A stretch of DNA of 64,000 bases, from NCBI RefSeq assembly GCF_051016195.1, contig NZ_CP134616.1, forward strand, positions 956,110 to 1,020,109, written 5' to 3'. The stretch comes from Roseibium sp. GTDB taxonomy: Bacteria > Pseudomonadota > Alphaproteobacteria > Rhizobiales > Stappiaceae. Shown piece after piece: positions 22,941-31,840 of this stretch (the stretch's first letter is position 1; every line of letters starts with the position of its first letter). The notes under the pieces were generated by a model, which ran no database searches, was not told the origin of the DNA, and saw only the letters and a program-made list of their open reading frames with translations. The position numbers and the translations under genes are program-made.

Positions 22941-24335
22941 ATGCCAGCGAAGGGCAAAAGCACACGATCTGAGCAATCGGTCGATTGCGAACCGAAGGCT
23001 GTTCGCGATGCGCTCCAAGCAGTCATCTCAAGTGAAGAGCTCGCGTCCTCGCCGCGTCTGAAACAGATCTTGAGCTACATCGTCGAAGAGCGGTTGGCCG
23101 GACGGGGCGACCAGATCAAGGGCAAAACCATTGCAGCCGATGTCTATGGCCGTGTGCTCGACGGACGCAATGCGTCGGACAACATTGTGCGCGTGGAAGC
23201 GCGCCGCTTGAGACGCGTTTTGGATCAGTTCTACGAAGGCAGCGGCCGGGACGAGAACATCCGTATCCACGTTGATGCGGGAACCTATGTTCCCCGGTTC
23301 GAACTGCGCGAGGATACCTACGCTGCCGCCAACGACGGAAAGGAAGCCACGCCCGTTGCTGCGAACACAACCTCCGGGTTTGTGCGTTCCGCACCCCCAT
23401 GGAGATTTGCAACAGTCGCGGGTGTTGTCGTTGCGCTGATCGCAAGCGGCGTCTTGCTGTTCCAGCAGGATACGATTCCGTCGGTTGCGGATCCGCAAGC
23501 CGCCGTGCGCTCCGCCTTGATGGAAAAGTCCCCGGTATCGGTCCAGTCGATGAATCTGGCGGAGCAGGCACGCGGCCTGCTTTTTCCTGTGTTCGACGCG
23601 GAGCGCCAACGTCTCGCGATAAGTCTCTTTGACCGCGCAATCGCGCTAGACCCGAGTTTGCCCGATGGATATGCCGGCAAGGCCCAGGCCCTTGCCACAC
23701 TGGCCTTCCTTGCCAAAGACGATATGCAGAGCACCGACCTGATGCAGCAGGCAGCCTCCCTGGCATCCAAGGCCAGGGAACTCGGACCGACCAGCGCGCG
23801 TGCACACGGAGCAACGGCATGGATCGCGAGCATGTCCGGTGGAAGCGATATAGCCCGCAAACATGCGAACATTGCCGTGGGTCTGATGCCCGATGATGGG
23901 TATATTCTCGATATAGACGGGGTCGTTGCGATACTGGCAGGAGACGGAGCCCGGGCCGCAAAAGCATCCGATCCGGAGCGCTTACGTCTTGGAAAAGGGC
24001 GCTTTGGCGCACCGAACATCTGGGGTGTGGCGAATTACATGTTGGGAAACTACGGGACAGTGATTGACGCCTTCGAGACTGCTCCGGCAGCCGGGGCACC
24101 AGTCTCAGCACCCTCGCTCATTTTCCTCGCCGCAGCTCATGACCATCTTGGCAACACAAGAGCCGCGGCCAACGCCGTACGTGACTTGCGCACAACCTGG
24201 CCGGATTTTCCGGTTCCGTTCGTTCTCGACAAGATGTTTGCCCTAGAGGAATATGCGTCCGACATTTACTCCAGGCTGGAAAAAAACGGCTACAAACGCG
24301 CCCATGTCGGCGTCGCGGATGACGGCAAGTCATAG
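22941..24335 (+). CDS. Membrane-anchored TPR-containing putative regulator/sensor
   Basis: N-terminal SPRLKQILSYIVEE...IAADVYGR...IVRVEARRLR..L..FY...GTYVPRF domain (as in alphaproteobacterial adenylate-cyclase-like/TolB-N proteins); one TM helix; TPR-like helical repeats. Confidence 0.75.
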   Translation: MPAKGKSTRSEQSVDCEPKAVRDALQAVISSEELASSPRLKQILSYIVEERLAGRGDQIKGKTIAADVYGRVLDGRNASDNIVRVEARRLRRVLDQFYEGSGRDENIRIHVDAGTYVPRFELREDTYAAANDGKEATPVAANTTSGFVRSAPPWRFATVAGVVVALIASGVLLFQQDTIPSVADPQAAVRSALMEKSPVSVQSMNLAEQARGLLFPVFDAERQRLAISLFDRAIALDPSLPDGYAGKAQALATLAFLAKDDMQSTDLMQQAASLASKARELGPTSARAHGATAWIASMSGGSDIARKHANIAVGLMPDDGYILDIDGVVAILAGDGARAAKASDPERLRLGKGRFGAPNIWGVANYMLGNYGTVIDAFETAPAAGAPVSAPSLIFLAAAHDHLGNTRAAANAVRDLRTTWPDFPVPFVLDKMFALEEYASDIYSRLEKNGYKRAHVGVADDGKS

Positions 24336-24567
24336 TCGTTCTTGAACAGTCAACACGTTCGGTCTGTGACCCGTTGCTCCGTGTGACTGGAATGCAGTCA
24401 CGCAATGCATTCGCTGCGGTCAGTATTTTTGTGCGCAAAGCCAACGTTCGGCAGCACCGCACCAAACGTCCGCTTCCCGCCCAAACTGTAGATTCAGCAC
24501 AATGCTTAGCTCGCCGTTGGGGCGCTCCTGGTATTGGGACTGTGACAAACGCCTCAGGGCCGGTCGT

Positions 24568-25449
24568 TCAAAGATCCACCGAAGTGCGAATGTGATCGTT
24601 GATTGCGCCTGCGGTCGTCCACCAGACGAGGTCGCCGGAATGGGCCATCATGTAGCGAAGGGCGCGCTCCAGATGCTTGATCCTGTGCGGGTGCCCCATC
24701 AGGTATCCATGAAGTGCAATTCCCATGACCAGAGGGCGTGTCTCCGCCTCCTCCCGCATGACATCGAATGCATCGATGAGCATGTCGGCAAACTCATGCC
24801 CCTCACGCCTGCGCCCGACGATCTGGGGGATGTCATTCAGTTCCTGCGGATAGGGAACCGACAGAATGCGCCCGGCACGCGTTGTCATCCAGGTTGGCTG
24901 GTCGTCATGGCACCAATCCAGCAGATACTCGTAGCCGGCCTCCTGCAGGAGGTCCGGCGTGACATGACTTTGAGAAATCCAGGGACCGAGCCACCCTTTC
25001 GGCCTTTGGCCATGGCGGGCCGTCAGGACCCCGGTTGACTGCTCGATGAGTGTCTTTTCTTCGCTCTCGGTCAGGATGCCCTGCCGTTCAGCATTCGTCC
25101 GCCCATGACCGGCAATCTCGTCTCCCCGCGCGGCAAACGCCTCGGCAAGTCCAGGTGCTTCGCCGTAGATCTCCGAGTTGACCAGCGCGGTGCACGGCAG
25201 TTCAAGTTTATCGAACAGCGCAAGCATGCGCGGTGCGCCGACCCTGTTGCCGTAATCGCGCCAGGCAAAATTGAGCACGTCGGGCTGCGGTCCACCCGGC
25301 GCCAGTTCCGCTCCCAGGCCCTCGCCAAATGAAAACACCTCCAGGTTCATCCCGAGATAAACCGCGAGGCGTTTCCCGCCGGGCCAGTCATAGACGGCCC
25401 GATCATGGATCGCGCTGAACTCATAGCGGCCGTGACGGCTGATCTTCAT
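24568..25449 (-). CDS. Polysaccharide deacetylase (CE4/PuuE-like) family protein
   Basis: WPGGKRLAVY...N.E.F, WRDYGNRVG, IAGHG, PKGWLGP, DWCHDDQP, MGIALH...GHPHR. Confidence 0.88.
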   Translation of the reverse strand: MKISRHGRYEFSAIHDRAVYDWPGGKRLAVYLGMNLEVFSFGEGLGAELAPGGPQPDVLNFAWRDYGNRVGAPRMLALFDKLELPCTALVNSEIYGEAPGLAEAFAARGDEIAGHGRTNAERQGILTESEEKTLIEQSTGVLTARHGQRPKGWLGPWISQSHVTPDLLQEAGYEYLLDWCHDDQPTWMTTRAGRILSVPYPQELNDIPQIVGRRREGHEFADMLIDAFDVMREEAETRPLVMGIALHGYLMGHPHRIKHLERALRYMMAHSGDLVWWTTAGAINDHIRTSVDL

Positions 25450-25571
25450 TCCGATTGATCCTCCTCTCCGCTGTCGCGTTGCCCATCGCCCGATCATCCG
25501 CTGCATATTTTGCTCAAATAAATAGCAAAACGGATCTGACGCCAAAAAATAGGCAAAAATCTATTGAAATG

Positions 25572-25647
25572 AATTGCATACAATTTATGTCAATCCAAGT
25601 GCCTACGCTCACATTTCTAGTTCCCTACGCCTTATATTGTATACGAT
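25572..25647. promoter_or_regulatory. Two GntR/FadR-type operator palindromes in a divergent promoter
   Basis: AATTGCATACAATT (25572-25585) and ATTGTATACGAT (25636-25647); a GntR gene lies at 28871. Confidence 0.65.
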
Positions 25648-25660
25648 CAGGAGACAGATC

Positions 25661-26743
25661 ATGGATAGACGTTCGTTTCTTACGACCGCTGGTGTCGCCG
25701 GTGCCGCCACGCTTGCCGCTCCCGCTGTTGCCCGGGCCAACACGATTGAATGGAAGATGACGACGGCCTTTCCGGCGGGCCAGCCATTCTATTCGACAGG
25801 GCCAGGCTCGCTGTCCGACTTTGCCGATCGTGTCCGCGCCATGTCCGGCGGCCGGCTCGATATCCAGGTGTATAATGGCGGTGAGCTGGTTCCGGCCTTC
25901 GAAGGCTTCGATGCGGTGCGCCAGGGCATCGTGCAGATGAACGGCTGGGTGAGCTACTTCGGTGCGGGCAAGGTGCCCGCCGCGCAGTTCTTCGGGGCGG
26001 TCCCGTTCGGAATGTCCACTCAGGGCCAGAACGCCTGGTTCTATATCGGCGACGGCATCAAGCTCTGGAACGAGGTTTACGAACCCCTCGGTCTGGTGGC
26101 GATGCCCATCGGTGCGACAGGCGTGCAGATGACCGGCTGGTTCAACAAGGAAATCAACTCGATCGACGACATGAAGGGCCTGCGGCTGCGCATTCCGGGT
26201 CTCGCCGGCAAGGCCTATTCGCGTATCGGTGTTGACGTTAAGGTTCTGCCCGGCGGTGAAATCTTCCCCGCCCTTGAACGCGGCGTGATTGATGCAGCGG
26301 AGTGGGTCGGTCCGGCGCAGGACAAGATCCTGGGGCTGAACAAGGCTGCAAAATACTACTACACGACGGGCTGGCACGAGCCGACAACGGTCACCGAACT
26401 CACGATCAACAAGGCGGCGTGGGACACGCTCGATGAGGAGTTGCAGGCAATCGTCACCAACGCGGCCGCGGCCTGTAACGTGATCTCGCACAGCTGGGGC
26501 GAAGCCAACAATGCGGCAGCGTTGAAAGAGTTCGCCGCCTCGGGAACGGAACTGCGCACACTGCCGACGGAAGTCGTCGAATCGCTTCGCGTCGAGATGG
26601 ATGCCGTCTATGAAGAAATGGGCGCTGCCGACCCGCTCTTCAAAATGGTCATGGACAACTATTTCGCATTCAAGGCGGAGCATGATGTCTGGGCAGATGG
26701 TTCAGAGAAGGTCTGGCACTCCGAATTGCGGACCGCTTCGTGA
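25661..26743 (+). CDS. dctP: TRAP transporter substrate-binding protein (DctP/TakP-like, Tat signal)
   Basis: MDRRSFL Tat signal, MSGGRLDIQVY..GELVP, GL.LRIPG, GGEIFPALERGVIDAAEW. Confidence 0.93.
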   Translation: MDRRSFLTTAGVAGAATLAAPAVARANTIEWKMTTAFPAGQPFYSTGPGSLSDFADRVRAMSGGRLDIQVYNGGELVPAFEGFDAVRQGIVQMNGWVSYFGAGKVPAAQFFGAVPFGMSTQGQNAWFYIGDGIKLWNEVYEPLGLVAMPIGATGVQMTGWFNKEINSIDDMKGLRLRIPGLAGKAYSRIGVDVKVLPGGEIFPALERGVIDAAEWVGPAQDKILGLNKAAKYYYTTGWHEPTTVTELTINKAAWDTLDEELQAIVTNAAAACNVISHSWGEANNAAALKEFAASGTELRTLPTEVVESLRVEMDAVYEEMGAADPLFKMVMDNYFAFKAEHDVWADGSEKVWHSELRTAS

Positions 26744-26765
26744 GACCCTCCAGCTAGACAACCTG

Positions 26766-26790
26766 ATCCGGCCGCGCCTCGCGGCCGGAT
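26766..26790 (+). other. Hairpin after the SBP gene (likely mRNA stabiliser)
   Basis: ATCCGGCCGCG-CCT-CGCGGCCGGAT perfect 11-bp stem. Confidence 0.6.
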
Positions 26791-26817
26791 ACTCCTCCCC
26801 TCTAGACAAGTATTCCC

Positions 26818-27324
26818 ATGACGTTTGTCCTCAAGTTTGCCGATCTCGTCGACGGCATGACGCGCATCATTTCGCGTATCGCATCGGCTCTGCTTCTCTT
26901 CATGGTCGGCCTGGTCTTTTTCAACGTGGCCGGACGCTATGTTTTCGGCAATGCCACGGTGTGGATGCAGGAGCTGGAATGGCACCTTCTGGTGCCGATC
27001 GCGCTTCTGGGCATCATCGTGCTGATGCGTGAGAACGGCCATGTCCGCGTGGACATGGTGTACGACAAGCTCGGGTCTCGCGCCCGGCGCTGGATCGATC
27101 TCGTGTCCATGATCCTCGGCGCGGCGGTCTCCCTGCTTTTCATCAAGTATTCCATGGGCTTCGTCGACAGCTCCTTTTCTCTGCTCGAGGGATCACCAGA
27201 TCCCGGAGGGCTCCCCGGCCGATGGCTGCTCAAGGGTTTCATTCCCTTTGCGTTTGCTCTGCTGGCGCTGCAATGCCTTGCAAATGCAGCCCGCCATGCA
27301 GCCATTCTGAGGAGTGGTGAGTGA
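26818..27324 (+). CDS. dctQ: TRAP small permease
   Basis: Four TM segments; QELEWHL, HVRVDM. Confidence 0.92.
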   Translation: MTFVLKFADLVDGMTRIISRIASALLLFMVGLVFFNVAGRYVFGNATVWMQELEWHLLVPIALLGIIVLMRENGHVRVDMVYDKLGSRARRWIDLVSMILGAAVSLLFIKYSMGFVDSSFSLLEGSPDPGGLPGRWLLKGFIPFAFALLALQCLANAARHAAILRSGE

Positions 27325-28649
27325 TGCCCTTGATGGAACTGCTCGCAATCGGGCTTATCCTCGGATTCATGCTCCTGCTTCTGGCCGGCATTCCCGTCGG
27401 CATCGGAATTGCGGTGGCCGGGTTCGTCTTCGGCTGGATGGGTTTCGGCGATTTTCTCTTCAATCTGACACCATCGCGCATCTACGGGGTGGTGACGAAA
27501 TACGAATTCATCGCGATCCCGCTTTTCGTGTTCATGGGCGTGATGCTCGAGAAGTCGCGCGTGGCCGAAGACATGCTGGAAGTGGTTGGCCGTCTCTCCG
27601 GCCGGCTCAACGGCGGCATGGCAATCGCGCTCATCATTGTCGGTGTCCTGATGGGTGCTTCGACCGGCATTGTCGGCGCAACCGTTGCAACGCTCACGAT
27701 GCTGACGCTTCCGGTGCTGCTTCGCCGCGGCTACGACGGCGGTCTCGCGTCCGGAGCCATTTGCGCCTCAGGCACCCTCGGCCAGATCATTCCGCCATCC
27801 CTGGTGCTCATTTTGTTGGCCGATATCATGGGCGAGAGTGTGGGCACGCTGTTTGCCGCTGCCATGATGCCGGGATTGATGCTGGCGGGTCTCTACGTCG
27901 CGTTCATCCTGCTTTACGGGAAAATGCGCCCAAACCTGATGCCGGCCCTGCCGGCCGACGAGCGGTCCGACCTGACCGGCTGGCCGCTTGCGCTCAAGGC
28001 AGTCACGTCGCTGGCCCCGCCACTCGTTCTCGTTGGCGGTGTGCTCGGGTCGATCATCGGAGGGATCGCCGCGCCAACCGAGGCCGCCAGTGTCGGCGCG
28101 GTTTTCGCGATCCTGATTGCCGCGCTCTACGGGCGTCTAACGCTTTCCATGATCTGGGATGCCGCGCAGGGCACGCTGCGGATTTCCGCCATGATCTTTT
28201 TCATCCTGGTCGCGGCGCAGGTGTTTGCCATTGCCTTTCGGGGCCTGGACGGCGAAGACCTCGTCAAGGATATGCTCTACATCCTGCCCGGCGGAGAAAT
28301 GGGTGCGCTTTTGTTCCTGATGGTTCTGCTGTTCATACTGGGCTTCTTCCTCGAGTGGATCGAAATCAGCTATATCGCCCTGCCGCTGCTGCTGCCGTTC
28401 TTCGTGGAACAGGGCACGGACATGGTGTGGCTGGCTGCGTTGATTGCATTGAACCTGCAGACATCCTTCCTGACGCCGCCGTTCGGCTGGGCACTGTTTT
28501 TCCTCAAGGGAGCCGCGCCACCAGGAGTAACAACGACCATGATCTATCGGGGTGTCCTTCCCTTCATCGCTCTACAGGCGGTTGCGCTCGTGCTGCTGTT
28601 CAGCTTCCCCGGCATTGCGACATGGCTGCCCCAGGCGATCGGCTGGTGA
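27324..28649 (+). CDS. dctM: TRAP large permease
   Basis: AIPLFVFMG..LEKS, ASGTLGQIIPPS, PTEAA, QTSFLTPPFG. Confidence 0.94.
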   Translation: MPLMELLAIGLILGFMLLLLAGIPVGIGIAVAGFVFGWMGFGDFLFNLTPSRIYGVVTKYEFIAIPLFVFMGVMLEKSRVAEDMLEVVGRLSGRLNGGMAIALIIVGVLMGASTGIVGATVATLTMLTLPVLLRRGYDGGLASGAICASGTLGQIIPPSLVLILLADIMGESVGTLFAAAMMPGLMLAGLYVAFILLYGKMRPNLMPALPADERSDLTGWPLALKAVTSLAPPLVLVGGVLGSIIGGIAAPTEAASVGAVFAILIAALYGRLTLSMIWDAAQGTLRISAMIFFILVAAQVFAIAFRGLDGEDLVKDMLYILPGGEMGALLFLMVLLFILGFFLEWIEISYIALPLLLPFFVEQGTDMVWLAALIALNLQTSFLTPPFGWALFFLKGAAPPGVTTTMIYRGVLPFIALQAVALVLLFSFPGIATWLPQAIGW

Positions 28650-28870
28650 TGTGACAGCCTGATCCGGGAGGACGCTGCGAGAACCGACAAGCCGGTCCTT
28701 GCGGCAGGACGCCGGCAGGTTTCGTGTGAAACCGGAACGGCCGGCAACCGGGCCTGATTTTGTGTGCTATGGACTATGGAGCCTGGACACTTCAGCATGT
28801 CCGCGTGTTCTGGTCTTGCAACAGGGACAAAACAGGGGGTGACCACACGTTGAAAGGTGTTCACAGCGCC

Positions 28871-29485
28871 ATGATATCCGAGACTCTCGAAGACGAGATC
28901 GTCCGGGGCAGCCTGGCTCCCGGCACCCGATTGAGCGAGGCCGCCATCGCGGAACGTTTCGGTGTATCCAGGACACCGGTGCGCGAGGCACTTCAGACCA
29001 TCGTGTCCCGATCGCTGGCAGAACGTTCACCCTACAAGGGCGTCATCGTCCGCAGTTTTGACACCGCGCGCCTCGCGTCGATGTTCGAGGCCATGGCGGA
29101 GATGGAAGCAACTTGCGGAGGCCTGGCAGCCGAACGGATCTCACAGGACAGTCTTTCCCGCCTGCAAGCCATGCACGGCCGCATGACCGAGTTCGCAGCC
29201 AACAAGGCCTTTCGGGAATACGAAGCGATGAACCTTGATTTTCACTCGCTCATCTATGAGGCAAGCGGAAACATCGATCTGGCCGAAATGGCGTCCGAGT
29301 TGCGCCTGAAGCTTGCACCTTACCGCAAATCGCAGCTCTTTCAGATCGACCGGCTCAGAGCCTCCAACCAGGAACACGAACTCATTGTGCGCCTGCTTGC
29401 GGCCGGTAACCGGCCCGGTGTCGAGGAGGCACTGCGCACGCACCTGAATGGCGCCCGCCGCGCCGCACTCAAGGTGCGCGAGTGA
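28871..29485 (+). CDS. GntR-family (FCD) transcriptional regulator
   Basis: PGTRLSE..IAERFGVSRTPVREAL HTH; FH..IYEASGN; EHELI. Confidence 0.9.
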   Translation: MISETLEDEIVRGSLAPGTRLSEAAIAERFGVSRTPVREALQTIVSRSLAERSPYKGVIVRSFDTARLASMFEAMAEMEATCGGLAAERISQDSLSRLQAMHGRMTEFAANKAFREYEAMNLDFHSLIYEASGNIDLAEMASELRLKLAPYRKSQLFQIDRLRASNQEHELIVRLLAAGNRPGVEEALRTHLNGARRAALKVRE

Positions 29486-29575
29486 CAGCCCGCGTCCCTG
29501 TCCGCCGAGTGGGCGGGTCTTCAGGCGCCGGCCACCCGCGGAAACCGGGCGAGGCTTCGATGCCCTGATTTTCGA

Positions 29576-29842
29576 TCAGAAGAGGAAATCGTCGGCGCTG
29601 TCCGGTGAAAAGTTGTCATCACCCGTCAATGCGAAATCAAGGACGGCCGCTTCACTGTAGGTGACCTTTATTTCCTCATAATTCAGAGAAATCGTCTCGG
29701 TGGGAATCGGGTCTGCCGACGAATCGGAAGGCTCCTTGCCTTCCCCGAGATCGGACACAAACTGAAAGGTGTCTTCCGCTGCGGAGCTCCTGTTGTCGAC
29801 GTGTTTCATAATCGGAATCATTTTCAGGCGCACTTTGCCCAT
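29576..29842 (-). CDS. Small acidic protein with Hcp-like motifs and a C-terminal DDFLF
   Basis: AAAGGA RBS before ATG 29842; GKVRLKMIPIMKHVDNRSS and PTETISLNYEEIKVTY resemble two Hcp segments; 88 aa. Confidence 0.55.
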   Translation of the reverse strand: MGKVRLKMIPIMKHVDNRSSAAEDTFQFVSDLGEGKEPSDSSADPIPTETISLNYEEIKVTYSEAAVLDFALTGDDNFSPDSADDFLF

Positions 29843-30053
29843 GTCCAAAATCCTTTATCGAAATATGCGTTGTCTCAACGAATGCGAAATTAGCCGGCAG
29901 GCTTTCGATTTGCTGTGACACCGGTCACGCAAATGCTCTTGAGGCCAGGGTGCGTGATGCTCCGCGTGACGCATAAGTCTGCTTCTTGATCGCGAGATGA
30001 TTCCGGTACTGATTTGGCTTGCCAGTTTCATAAGAGATTCCTTATGATTAGGA

Positions 30054-30347
30054 ATGCCTTATGAAGACGAGCTCAAGTCTCTTTCGAACCCGATCCGCCA
30101 GAGCGTGATTGATGAGCTGGCCCGGCAGCCGATGTCCGTGCGCGAACTGACGTCGAAAATTGACGTTTCGCAACCTGTCATGTCGCAGCATCTCAAGGTC
30201 CTGAAGGACACGGGCCTGATCTCCGCGCGTCCTGAAGGCACCCGGAATATCTACTGCATCAACAAAGACAAGCTGGCCGAAATCCGCGCGTTCTGGACTG
30301 CTCACTGGTCAAATCTGCTGGCTTCAATTGACGAACAAGGAGAGTAG
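30054..30347 (+). CDS. ArsR/SmtB-family transcriptional regulator
   Basis: LSNPIRQSVI..L...MSVREL...VSQPVMSQHLKVLK..GLI...EGTRNIY. Confidence 0.9.
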   Translation: MPYEDELKSLSNPIRQSVIDELARQPMSVRELTSKIDVSQPVMSQHLKVLKDTGLISARPEGTRNIYCINKDKLAEIRAFWTAHWSNLLASIDEQGE

Positions 30348-30351
30348 TCCG

Positions 30352-30816
30352 ATGTCTCTAGATCCGGTCAAGGTCGTTACCAAAATCAACCGAAGCCCAA
30401 GCGAGACCTTCGATGCGTTCATGTCAAAGGTCTCGCAATGGTGGCCGCTGGATACGCATTCCGTCAGCCCGTATCTCGGTGAGCCTGCGCCCGAAAGCGT
30501 TGTGGTCGAGCGACATGAAGGCGGAAAAATCTATGAGATTTCGGCGAAGGGAGAACACAGAATGTGGGGCACCCTGCTGGACTACCAGGAAGGCAAACGC
30601 GTCTCTTTCAGCTGGCATCCCGGTTTGCCGGAGACTGAAGCGACGACAGTCTCTGTTGAGTTCGAACTGGCAGACGACGGCAAGACGATCGTCACGCTGG
30701 TTCACAGCGGCTGGGAGGCACGCGGCGACAAGGCTGCCGACATCAGAGGAAACTACCTGACCGGTTGGACCGACATCATTCAAGCGCGTTTCACAGACTT
30801 CGCGAACGCACTTTGA
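30352..30816 (+). CDS. SRPBCC/AHSA1 ligand-binding domain protein
   Basis: WWP..THS, MWG....Y..GKRVSFSWHPG, T.VTL.H.GWE...Y..GW; typical partner of ArsR genes. Confidence 0.85.
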   Translation: MSLDPVKVVTKINRSPSETFDAFMSKVSQWWPLDTHSVSPYLGEPAPESVVVERHEGGKIYEISAKGEHRMWGTLLDYQEGKRVSFSWHPGLPETEATTVSVEFELADDGKTIVTLVHSGWEARGDKAADIRGNYLTGWTDIIQARFTDFANAL

Positions 30817-30996
30817 CGTTGGTGGTCGACGCAATACATGCTTGGTGTGCGCAAAGCGCGCCTTCACTCGCATTCGTCCGAGACCGGCGATAAGCCTATA
30901 ACTCGACACCCGCGTTGCTTTGGGACTCTCTTTCGCCTTTGTGTTCAAGCCGAATGATATGTCGCACCGGAACCATCCCGGGTTTGGAGCGTAAGA

Positions 30997-31710
30997 ATGA
31001 TGGACCTGCTGGTCGCCTGGCAACGCTGGATTTACGAAGGTGTGCGCAGCTCGATTTTGGAGTTTGGCCAATCCGGCGATGTCTGGCTGCTTCCGGGGAT
31101 GATTGGTACCGGCATCGTGTTCGGTGCGATCCATGCACTGACCCCAGGGCATGGCAAGAGCATACTGGCCAGTTATGTCGCGGGTTCGGAAAACGGGTTT
31201 GCGCGCGCGCTTTCAGTTTCCACGGTGCTTGCAGCGACGCACGTTGTCACCGCGGTTTTCATTGCCTTCTTCGCAGCACATCTTATGGAGCGGTCTTTCG
31301 TCGGTGGCGGGCGTGCACCGGCACTGGAGTTCTTGAGCCGCGCTCTTCTTGTCGCGATCGGCTTGTGGCTGGTCGTTCGCGCCGTTCGAGCCCGACGACA
31401 GGAAGGCAACCACGAAGGAATAGGGGTCGCATTGACGACAGGTCTGGTTCCTTGCCCGTTGACACTGTTCGTCGTCGTGGCGGCCCTGTCGCAGGGTGTT
31501 CCGGAAGCAGGACTTGTGTTCGCCGGATCGATGGTGATCGGCATCGCGCTCACGCTCGGTCTGGTCGCGGTCGCTGCTGTGGTGGGACGCCGGACCGTAT
31601 TACAGGCCGTCTCTAGCAAGGGCGGAGCCTTTGGAAACATATCCCTGTTGCTTGATGCCGGAGCAGGCCTGCTCATAGTGCTCTTCGCCGGTCGCGATCT
31701 GCTGCAATAA
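30997..31710 (+). CDS. RcnA/NicO-family nickel/cobalt transporter
   Basis: FGAIHALTPGHGKS and GLVPCP motifs; multiple TM helices. Confidence 0.85.
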   Translation: MMDLLVAWQRWIYEGVRSSILEFGQSGDVWLLPGMIGTGIVFGAIHALTPGHGKSILASYVAGSENGFARALSVSTVLAATHVVTAVFIAFFAAHLMERSFVGGGRAPALEFLSRALLVAIGLWLVVRAVRARRQEGNHEGIGVALTTGLVPCPLTLFVVVAALSQGVPEAGLVFAGSMVIGIALTLGLVAVAAVVGRRTVLQAVSSKGGAFGNISLLLDAGAGLLIVLFAGRDLLQ

Positions 31711-31840
31711 AAATCCCGGGGAGAACGAAACACTTCCGTTGCTTCCAAAGAACTCAGGCCTTGCAAACAACTGTCGTATGGCCATGTGATCCAGCTCGAC
31801 CGGCCGATTCCAAGCTGCGCCTAACAACTTGGCAATGCCC

